Below are positions 39,058 to 49,054 of a DNA stretch of 64,000 bases, piece by piece. The DNA comes from Cycas panzhihuaensis. Its lineage: Eukaryota > Plantae > Cycadophyta. The notes beneath the pieces were generated by a model. That model ran no database searches. It worked only from the letters and a program-made list of their open reading frames with translations, and was not told the DNA's origin. The position numbers were made by a program, and so were the translations under genes. The stretch covers positions 222,463,741 through 222,527,740 of the forward strand of contig CM041465.1 in assembly GCA_023213395.1 (NCBI GenBank), given 5' to 3'. Numbering within the stretch: the first letter of the stretch is position 1; each line of letters opens with the position of its first letter.

Positions 39058-41602
39058 TGTTTCCCAGCTATTGGGAATGGACTCGGGATGCATCGACACA
39101 GGTTTGTTCAGGTATATGTTTTCACTTTTCTTACTTATGATTGCTAAGGTAATTTGGAGTAATTTGATTGACATATGCCTGCCTACACGCATTTGCTTGA
39201 CTGCTTGCTCATAATGCATGTGCCTAACGGCACTCTTCAGCCTATGACGACTCACAGCGGGGGCATTCCTCAGCGAATGCGACACCCTGTATGGCGTACA
39301 ACCACTCACGATGTCTCCATGGTCTCTCGGGATGCTCCTTCCAGCTCGTTTGTGCTTATTGCCACATGCCACTTATGTTGCAAATCCTTTCTAAGTTCGA
39401 TTTAATCCTTAGTTAGGACTCTTTGCATTGTTTGGGTACTTGCCCACTGCTTGGGCATTCCCTCAGTTGTTCCCATTCATGATTAGCCTCTATTTTTGCC
39501 TCAAAACCTGATTTTGCTGCTTATTATTCTCTTTTTTTAAATTTGTGTCTGCAAGAAACTTAGCTGATACCACGAGTTTGTAGCGGTACAAGCGCATCAT
39601 GCAGAACTTAGCTGATGCCAAGTTTGCCGCAGACGATCGCTTAAAATTTGAAAAAGAGAAACCACGCCGATGCTGGCCGCTTTTTCGCGTGAATCGCCAA
39701 GTGGCTCGAACGATCGAGGCGCCCCAAGGCCCCCAACGTTCACTTGCTATGCCCAAGGCATAAAAGCCTTTTTTTCACTCATTTGCTACATATTATTGAG
39801 AATTCTTCAACTCACTTTTCAAGACTCCCAAGAAAAAACTCTCTATTAGAAACCAAAAAGAAAGAGTGACAAGAAAGCTTCTCCTACAGCAGTTGGACAG
39901 AGATACAGAGGGCTGCTATTAACTGGAGTTGCAGGGCCATTGCTGCCCCCTATGGAGCTCCATTACAAGCACCATCTCTCCTCACAAAGATCCAAGGCTT
40001 CAAGAGGTTTTCTTCATCAAAATCCACTCCAAAGACCCGTTCTCAAGCTCCCAACTTGCATAAGGCTCTACTCTTCCACTCTCATGCAAAGGACATTCAA
40101 CTCCACTTCTTGGACACCACTTGCCGCGCCCCAAGTTGCTAAGTGCCTACATGCACTCATTCTTCTCCATTCAAGGTATTTATTGGCTCTATTAGTGCTT
40201 TTTGCTTGTTTTTCCATTGAGTTGCTTGCAAATTCTTTCCTCTTGTTTGCATGCACTTCCTTTGAGTTTCTTTTGGCCGCTTGATGCATATAACCTTAGT
40301 AGTTGTGGCTTATTAGAGCGCTGCCCTAGGTTAGGCGCATTTTCTTGTGATTCCCTAAAACTCATCCTCTCCCACCGAGTTCCCTCTTTTGCCATTTTCT
40401 AAGCTAGCCAAGATAAAGGGCTTTACGAGGATTTGAGGGAGATAGGCGGGTCCGCCCCCATTACCGTCCTTCTCCCAAGGGTTCCGCCCCTTATCCTCTC
40501 TCCCTTTATCACCCGCGCTTTCTTAGGAGACGGGGCTAGAGAAACCTTGGAGGGTTGGCTTGAGTCTCCTCATTGGCGTAGGCCATTTGTTATCACACGA
40601 CCCATCTTGTTGCATGCTAGCATTGTTTCCCTATACCCTGTGGAGACCTCTCTCGTGGGTGAGTTAGCCATCCCGAGGCTACACTCAATCCTATTCGGCA
40701 TTTTATGGTGTATGACTACCACATATGTGTCGCGCGGCTTTGTTTCCTTTCCATTATATGTGGGTGCTTAATTACGTCTGGCTAGCCTAGTTGATTTCAT
40801 TTTCAGCGTATATATATACATATATCTCGTCGGTTTTGGTAGCCTCTCTCCCGAGAGGAGGGTGTTCTCTCCGGTTGTGTGTGGATCGCTTGAGAGGGAG
40901 GGGTGCGCGAGGTCAACCCGCTGCTTGGCCGACCGTCACGAGGTACGCCTTTCCCTTTTTTGGTTGTTTTGAGCTTTACTTTCCGCTCTTTCGGTTTGTT
41001 AGTTCTTGCATGCTCCTGGGAGGTAAGTGAACCCCTTCGACGCCTTTGATCGACGTTGCATGCGCCAAGACGGAGGGAAGGAGCGCGACTGAGGAGGGAA
41101 ACCCGTATTCCTGCTTCGGACCGTGTCCGTGTATTTCCGCGTGTCTTTCGTGTTTACTTTGTGTTTTTACGCCGTTGCATTTACTTTGATCTGTAAAGGA
41201 ACATAAGGAAAGAAAGAAAAATAAATCATTTACTTTACATTTGCTTTCTTGTACTTCTTTATTACATTGCATGACATAGTAGTGTAGGTCCCATTTCACT
41301 ATACCCCTTAGCCACACTTACCCCTTACTCCGTGACACGTTTGGTTGATTGCCCTCGCCGCCTTCTCATTGCCTTGAGAAGTAGCGACGCGCTAGGATTC
41401 TTTTCCCTTCTCGGCCATCCGAAGGGTAGGAAGGCCTCGTCTTGCACGGCCACCGGAAGCAACCAGCACCTCAGCCTCCTGCACTCCGCGCTCCCAAGAC
41501 GGACGTCTGCGAGGTATGAGCCTCGCTGGTTAGCCCGCTTAGCATATTGTTTCTATGCCCTTCCCGCGAGGCGTTGGATCATTGCCTGCGGAGAGCGTTT
41601 CA
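39058..41602 (+). repeat. 5' LTR of the young Tat element (2545 bp)
   Basis: TGTTTCCC...GAGCGTTTCA; closely similar to 46541-49054. Confidence 0.95.
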
Positions 41603-42793
41603 TGGCGACCATACTGGGATCGCCAAGAAGGGAGCTAGATCCGCTTCCCTTCATGTTGGTGCTCTTGCCTTTAGGTAGTTTCGCATTACGTGTTTTGAGT
41701 TGGGCAACCCCAACGTGTTTGCGCGGCTTTCCTTTCTTTTCGCTTTTCTAACAACGCCATGGAGGCGTTGCATGCGACGTTCTCGGCCGCTTGCGGGTTT
41801 GCCGCCATTGTTAAGACCAATCGTCGCGTTTCATTCCATCGTCGAACCCCGATTCTAAGAATGGAAGGTTACCCGTCCGATTGACCTACATGCCATGACT
41901 TCGTGAACTCAAGAGTTCCCTTCGTCTGCTCCGAATCCACCCGTGAGGGCGAGGATTCCATCTATTACCCGGATGACCATTTCCACCCCAAGACTTTGAG
42001 CCTTCCGCTCATGCAATGGAAGATCGCCCACTGTGAGACCCGCCACCCCACCGGGCGAGCCTTACGAGGAGCGCCCTGAGGGATCCCCTACTTTCGAAGT
42101 CCCTTCGACCTCGTATGGCTATGAGGATACCCCTCCCGCCGACGCCGAGATGCTGGCGAGTACTTTCGAAAGGTCACGCCAACCACCTCCTAGATGGTTT
42201 ACGGAAATGCTACGCAACGTGGCGTCTTCCTCATCCATGCCCACGTCATCTATGACGATTGATGCTTCCGCCCGCGCACACACGTCCTATGCCGTGTCTA
42301 CCCCGGCTCCTAAGGCGAGTGTTGCGCCTGCCGCCCCTAGTCGTGGCCCCACTCCTTCGGGACTCGCAGATGTCCATTCCCCAACTCGGGGTTAGTATGC
42401 CTTGCTCAAACCAAACGCACGTGCCACCGCCGAACGTGGCGCACGCGTTCCCTAGTAGGCTTCGAGGCCCTACTAGCGCCGCCGCCGCTAGCCATGTAGG
42501 ACCCACTCCTACATACGTCCAGAACCCGGTTGGTGGTCCTTCTCTTTACGTGCCCCTAGGCTACACGTCACAACCTTGGGGGCAGGGCAAGGGAAACCAT
42601 CTCCTGCATGGAGTGGACCCGTTGCACCCATATGGGGTCGCGCCACCTACGGTGGCCCATATGGGCAAACCCGGTCCCTCACCCTGCTTTCCGACGTCGG
42701 TAGCGACTCCTGCTGCGTCAAGACAAGGGAGCGCCTCCCTTTCGTAGTTGCTACCCGGCCCCTTTCCAACAAGGGGCCTCTTTCCGAGGAGGG

Positions 42794-43522
42794 ATGGGTA
42801 TGCCACCCCCATCCATCCCTTTGACGGTTGTCGATCCTTTAGCCCAGGCAAGGACACGTCCTTTCACGGACTATAGGTTGACGCCCTTGTCTGTTGAGGC
42901 ATTGAGGACTAACTTGCCGCCTCATCCTCCTGAAGTCCCCAAATTTGACGGGACTTCGTCGCAAGACCCAACCGAACATGTGCGCAGCTTTTCCATGGCG
43001 TGCATCGACTATTGGGCCTACGACCATATCTTGATGAAGCTCTTCCCGCGGTCCTTGCAGGGCAACGCCCTCAAGTGGCTCTACCGCCTTCCTGCCCATT
43101 CGATTTCCTCATTCCAGCAGCTAGTCGACGAGTTCGTCAACTACTTTGACGTAGCTTGCCCATTCGAAAGCGGAATGAAGGCGCTTCTGTCGCTCAAACA
43201 AGGTCACGATGAGATGAATCGTGACTTTGTGCGACGCTTTCACGACCTTCTTCATTCCACCAAGGCCACATTGCCTGAGGAGTTGAAGAGGGATCTGTTT
43301 ATCAATGCACTTCGCCCCGAAGTGCATGTGGAAGTCCTCAAGATGGGGGCAACCACGTGTGACTCCGCGATTTCGAGGTGTTTGACGTTGGAGGCCATTG
43401 AGATCCAGGCTGGACTCAAGAAACCTCCTAAGCCCTCACAACGTCGTGAGGCGCCTCCCCGTGAAGGAAACCGAACCTTCGCATCTGCCAGCCCACCTCT
43501 CACCCGACTGAGAGGACCCTAG
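42794..43522 (+). CDS. gag: Retrotransposon Gag capsid core; part of a frameshifted Gag-protease region spanning about 41860-44830
   Basis: PKFDGTSSQDPTEHVRSF..LMKLFPRSLQGNALKWLYRLPAHSISSFQQLVDEFVNYF..LKQGHDEMNRDFVRRF. Downstream frames give the Tat-type knuckle WCSIHGECFHDDSRC and protease TIVDNGSSVN / YNLLLGRLWL. Confidence 0.85.
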   Translation: MGMPPPSIPLTVVDPLAQARTRPFTDYRLTPLSVEALRTNLPPHPPEVPKFDGTSSQDPTEHVRSFSMACIDYWAYDHILMKLFPRSLQGNALKWLYRLPAHSISSFQQLVDEFVNYFDVACPFESGMKALLSLKQGHDEMNRDFVRRFHDLLHSTKATLPEELKRDLFINALRPEVHVEVLKMGATTCDSAISRCLTLEAIEIQAGLKKPPKPSQRREAPPREGNRTFASASPPLTRLRGP

Positions 43523-45462
43523 ACCCCCTCACCTCCGCTATTCACTCATTTGAGCGAACGATGAAGGAGCTTAAACTCTAACCTCCTTCGTCGCCTACCT
43601 CCCATAGACCTGTTCAGCAAGCTTCTCGTGCGATGCCCCCCAAAGGGGGTAACACCCAGTCTTCTCAAGCAAGGAGGACCGATCCTCCCCTTGAGAAGAG
43701 GTGGTGCTCCATCCACGGGGAATGTTTCCATGACGATTCACGTTGCCGGGCACAGCACCCACGCGACGCCCGTCACGCCGATTCGTCCCCTAAAGTGCAT
43801 CGAGGCCTAACCTCGATCAACCCATTCATAGAGACCCATTCCCCAAACATGGGGAACGTGGTCGTGATGTTCAACAAGGGAATGTAATCGGGATAGATCT
43901 CCGATCCTCGCCTTCGCATGGTAGAGGGAAGGGTGTGCGAAGGTCACCTTCACCTTCGGCCTCCCACGACCGCCGTGCTCCATCACCTTCGCAGTCCCGC
44001 TACAAGGGAAAGAAGGTTGTCCAACTGCTTGAGACCACTCCGTTATATGCCTTAACCCGGTCTCAAGCTGCTAAAGAGGCAGCTGGTACCTCTTCATCCA
44101 CATCTTACCTTGATCCTCTTCCGGAAGCCGTTCCTCCGGAGATTCCTGCGCTTCCCAAGACTATTCCCGCCCCGCCTGCTCGATTCGACTTTAGAAGGGC
44201 ACTTACCCAACCCACAGGGAAGGGTAAACCCTTTTCTATTGTTGACGAGCTCTATACCGTCGCTGCGGGAATGTCCTTGATGGATGTCTTGAGAAGCTGC
44301 CCTGAGCAACGTGCTCTTCTTCTTGAACCTCTTGGCCAACAAGACGCTTCCATCCATGCGATAGGTGCTACCTCCCATGGGCCACCTGTCATCTCATTTG
44401 ATCCTAGAGATCTCCCATCTCCCAAAGAAGCGGGAGAAGCTTTTACGTGCAGATTCGTCATTACCATTGACACTCGATTGTATCGTAAAGAGGACCATTG
44501 TAGATAATGGCTCCTCGGTTAATGCTATGCTCTACAGTATGCTCAAGGAGCTAGGCATAGTAGCTCTTAAGTCATCCTTGGAAATGCCAAGGGTATGATG
44601 GGACTGAGAAGTCCCCTTTAGGGACAGTCTCCCTTTCCCTCACCTTAGAGAGAAAGCTTACGCCGAGTTCTTGTACTCGATGTCGATGTGGAGTACAACC
44701 TCTTGTTGGGCCGACTATGGCTCGACCAGATGGGAGCAATCACTCCACACGTGGGGGCAACTTAAATTTGTCCATGAAGGACAAGTTAAAGTTGTCGCCT
44801 GTGAGCCTATGCCGCCTCACACCTCCCATCCACCGCCAGTGCTATTTTCGATGATGAAGATAGCGATCCCGAGGAGGTTACTCCTTCCGTGGGACCTTTG
44901 TTTCGTGAGATCGACCTTCATCACGAGCCCTATGCAATGTCATGAGCCAAACCTAGTTAGGTTTGCCCCTATTAGTGTAGGTGGTTACGGTTGCTTGCCT
45001 GTCACGGGCGATTCTGATCCGGATAGCGAGGGTTATGGGCCCTCTCCTCGACGTGTCACCCTGGTTTCGCAAGCACCTAGGGGAATATCTCGATCGGATA
45101 TTCCCGCTCTTCCTCATTCTCTGGGTTCTTCGAGCCACCGGGTCCTAAACCATCCATTTATTTTACCTTCTCGGCCTCCCTGAGCGGTTTCACGTAGGCG
45201 CCCACGTCAGCGAGCCACTCGTAGAGGCACTGCTTCTTCGCACTCTAGATCCTTACCTCAGACTAGAGCCACTCTTACTCGTATGTAACCTTGCCACGCG
45301 ATCCGTCGTGTGCCAGGTCCGTTGCGCTCATCTGGTTCCGACCATAGTAAGTTTACTAGTAGGCTTAGCGATATTGGCCCTACTCTTCGTCACCTATCTC
45401 CTACCCTGCGTGTGACTACCCCTACCTTTATGGGGTCTAGGCACACCTCTTCCTCTCCTCGT

Positions 45463-45802
45463 GCTCCGAAACGAACTTAAACTACCATTTTGAACTGTCT
45501 CCATTCCTCCCAACCACGGGTGGAATGGCAATTTAAGATGGATTCTTGCTCCGAAACGAGCCTAAACTACCATTTTAAATTGTTCCCATTCCTCCCAACC
45601 ATGGGTGGAATGGCAATTTAAGATGGATTCTTGCTCCGAAACGAGCCTAAACTACCATTTTAGATTGTTTCCATTCCTCCCAACTACGGGTTGAATGGCA
45701 ATTTAAGATGGATTCACGCTCCGAAATGAGCTTAAACTACCATCTTAAATTGTCCCCATTCTTCCCAGCCACAGGTGGAATGGCAATTTAAGGTGGATTC
45801 TC
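45463..45802 (+). repeat. Array of four 85-bp tandem units, each an internal hairpin
   Basis: Units start at 45463, 45548, 45633 and 45718 (GCTCCGAAA..). Arms CCATTTTAAATTG..CCATTCC and GGAATGGCAATTTAAGATGG are near reverse complements. Confidence 0.95.
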
Positions 45803-45899
45803 GTTTCTTCTTCCAGTTCCTCATGGAACCCGCGTTCCTGCGCTCTTGGGAACCTTTGTCCTCCTACTTGGGCATTCCCCAACTGGGACGACGCTATGG

Positions 45900-46186
45900 A
45901 GTATCGTTACTCCTCATACGTGCTTGTCGTTTCTTCGCATATTCCGCTATGCTCCTCGTGGACGTGCATGTCACTCTATTTCTAACCTCACACCTCTCGA
46001 TTACCTCGCTCACGGGATGTGTGTGCTCTGTAGACATATGGCCATACACGGAAGGAAACGCATGCATCTACATATTTACAAAATCTACATATTCAGCATA
46101 TCCCGAGGCACCTCAATGCTGAGGCCGTCAGCCTCGTCCGCCTCATCCTTGAGCATTGCCTCCCTCTTCTGGACGACCGCCCTTGA
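45900..46186 (+). pseudogene. Decayed archaeal-type RNase H (aRH) C-terminus
   Basis: NLHIQHIPRHLNAEAVSLVRLILEHCLPLLDDRP* aligns with NIQHIPRALNAEANSLVRLIL of the aRH at 62684-62297. Confidence 0.7.
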
Positions 46187-46540
46187 GACTTGCCTGGCCA
46201 GCCCGTGCCCCAAGCCTCCGGTTGCTGTTAGTTAGATTGCTTGCTCTATTCGCTGGATGCCCTCCTACTTCACGTTGCACTTCGGCAACGGGGGCATCCC
46301 CTTTCACCTGCTTATGTCAGTTTCAGGTCGATGTCTAGACGACGCGTAGGCAGCCCCTACATTGTCCTCGTCTCCGTCTCCCTTGTCCACGCGTTCCGCC
46401 ACGACACTCGCCTACGCCCTTGGTCCACGTGCTGCTCTTTATTGCTTTTCTTTATATATATACATGTGCTACTCATGTTTCTTGATTGTCGATTCGCCAT
46501 CACATTACGCCCGAAAGGTGAGGCTCACGCCATAAGGCGA

Positions 46541-49054
46541 TGTTTCCCTATTGGGAATGGACTCGGGACGCATCGACACAGGTTTGTTCAGGTATATGTT
46601 TTCACTTTTCTTACTTATGATTGCTAAGGTGATTTGGAGTAATTTGATTGACATATGCCTGCCTACACGCATTTGCTTGACTGCTTGCTCATAATGCATG
46701 TGCCTAACGGCACCCTTCAGCCTATGACGACTCACAATGGGCATTCCTCGGTAATGCGACACCGTATGGCGACAACCACTCACGATGTCTCCATGGTCTC
46801 TCGGGATGCTCCTGCCAGCTCGTTTGTGCTTATTGCCACATGCCACTTATGTTGCAAATCCTTTCTAAGTTCGATTTAATCCTTAGTTAGGACTCTTTGC
46901 ATTGTTTTGGGTACTTGCCCACCGCTTGGGCATTCCTCGATTGTTCCCATTCATGATTAGCCTCTATTTTTGCCTCAAAACGATTTTGTTGCTTATTTTT
47001 CTCTTTCTTTTTAAAATTTTGTCTGTGACAAACTTAGCTACCACGAGTTTGTAAGCGGTGCATCATGCAGTAACTTAGCTGCAAGTTTGCCGCAGACGAT
47101 CGCTTAAAATTTGAAAAAGAGAAACCACGCGACGATGGCCGATTTTTTCGTGAATCTGCGTGGCTCGAACGATCGAGGCGCCCAAGGCCCCAACGTTCAC
47201 TTGCTATGCCCAAGGCATAAAAGCCTTTTTCACTCATTTGCTACATATTATTGAGAATTCTTCAACTCACTTTTCAAGACTCCCAAGAAAAAACTCTCTA
47301 TTAGAAACCAAAAGAAAGAGTGACAAGAAAGCTTCTCCCATGCTAGCTTGGACAGATACAGAGGGCTGCTTATTGGAGTTGCGGGCCATCACGCCCTCAC
47401 GAGCTCCATTACAAGCACCATCTCTCCTCACAAAGATCCAAGGCTTTAAGAGGTTTTCTTCATCAAAATCCACTCCAAAGACCCGTTCTCAAGCTCCCAA
47501 CTTGCATAAGGCTCTACTCTTCCACTCTCATGCAAAGGACATTCAACTCCACTTCTTGGACACCTTGGGCCGCCCAAGTTGCTAAGTGCCTACATGCACT
47601 CATACTTCTCCATTCAAGGTATTTATTGGCTCTATTAGTGCTTTTTGCTTGTTTTTTCCATTGAGTTGCTTGCAAATTCTTTCCTCTTGTTTGCATGCAC
47701 TTCCTTTGAGTTTCTTTTGGCCGTTTGATGCATATAACCTTAGTAGTTGTGGCTTACTAGAGCCGCCCTAGGTTAGGCGCATTTTCTTGTGATTTCCTAA
47801 AACTCATCCTCTCCCACCGAGTTCCCTCTTTTGCCATTTTCTAAGCTAGCCAAGATAAAGGGCTTTTACGAGGATTTGAGGGAGATAAAGGTGGTTCCGG
47901 TCCCCATTGCCGTCCTTCTCCCAAGGGTTCCGCCCCTTATCCTCTCTCCCTTTATCACCCGTGCTTTCTTAGGAGACGGGCCAGAGAAACCTTGGAGGGT
48001 TGGCTTGAGTCTCCTCATTGGCGTAGGCCATTTGTTATCACACGACCCATCTTGTTGCATGCTAGCATTGTTTCCCTATACCGTGGAGACCTCTCGTGGG
48101 TGAGTTAGCCATCCCGAGGCTACACTCAATCCTATTCAAAGGCATTTTATGGTGTATGACGGCCCGCATATGTGTCGCGCGGCTTTGTTTCCTTTCCATT
48201 ATATGTGGGTGCTTAACTACGTCTAGCTAGCCTAGTTGATTTCATTTTCACAGATACATATACATATATCTCGCTTGGTTTGGTAGCCTCTCTCCCGAGA
48301 GGAGGGTGTTCTCTCTGGTTGTGTGCAGGATCGCTTGAGAGGGAGGGGTGCGCGAGGTCAACCCGTTCTTGGGTCCGACCGTCACGAGGCACGCCTTTCC
48401 CTTTTTGGTTGTTTTGAGCTTTACTTTCCGCTCTTTCAGTTTGTTAGTTCTTGCATGCTCTCGGGGAGGTAAGTGAACCCCCTTCGATGCCTTTGATCGA
48501 CGTTGCATGCGCGGAAGACGGAGGGAAGGAGCGCGACCGAGGAGGGAAACCCAGATTCTGCTTCTGACCGTGTCCTGGTATTTCTCGCGTGTCTTTCGTG
48601 TTTACTTTGTGTTTTTACGCTTCGTTGCATTTACTTTGATCTGTAAAGGAACATAAGGGAAAGAAAGAAAAAATAAATCGTTTACTTTACATTTGCTTTC
48701 TTGTACTTCTTTATTACATTGCATGACATAGTAGTGTAGGTCCCATTTACCTATACCCCTTAGCCACACTTACCCCTTACTCCGTGACACGTTTGGTTGA
48801 TTGCCCCTCGCCGCCTTCTCATTGCCTTGAGAAGCCGCGACGCGTCGAGGTTCTTTCCCTTCCCGCCATCCGGGGGTAGGAAGGCCTCGTCTTGCACGGC
48901 TACCTGGAAGCAACCAGGCACCTTGCAGCCCGTGCAAGGCGCCACAAGACGGACGTCCTGCGAGGTATGATCCTCGCTAGTTAGCCTGCTTAGTATATTG
49001 TTTCTATGCCCTTCCCGCTAGGCGTTGGATCATTGCCCTGCGAAGAGCGTTTCA
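46541..49054 (+). repeat. 3' LTR of the young Tat element (2514 bp)
   Basis: Matches 39058-41602; the differences include many 1-3 nt indels. Confidence 0.95.

Larger units (their letters stand above)
39058..49054 (+). mobile_element. Young GC-rich non-autonomous Tat/Ogre-type Ty3/Gypsy element (10 kb; Gag-PR only)
   Basis: Perfect TSD GAAGT (39053-39057 and 49055-49059) inside the Copia A RNase H; TG..CA LTRs of about 2.5 kb; tRNA-Arg-like PBS TGGCGACCATACTGGGAT 41603-41620. No RT or INT motifs seen internally. Confidence 0.95.

Noticed and set aside
39022-41751. Numerous 60-140 aa ORFs in the young LTRs
   Set aside because: Expected in GC-rich sequence; frames are not preserved between the two LTR copies and show no domains.
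45463-45802. CRISPR-like array or self-cleaving ribozyme (CGAAAC, GCCTAAACTACC)
   Set aside because: There are no unique spacers between units. No hammerhead CUGANGA core on either strand; the twister loop and pseudoknot and hairpin-ribozyme loop B elements were not found.
39058-49054. Horizontal transfer or contamination suggested by the GC jump
   Set aside because: It has a TSD within the host Copia, and a diverged, deaminated relative at 58461-64000 shows the lineage is resident; youth explains the composition.
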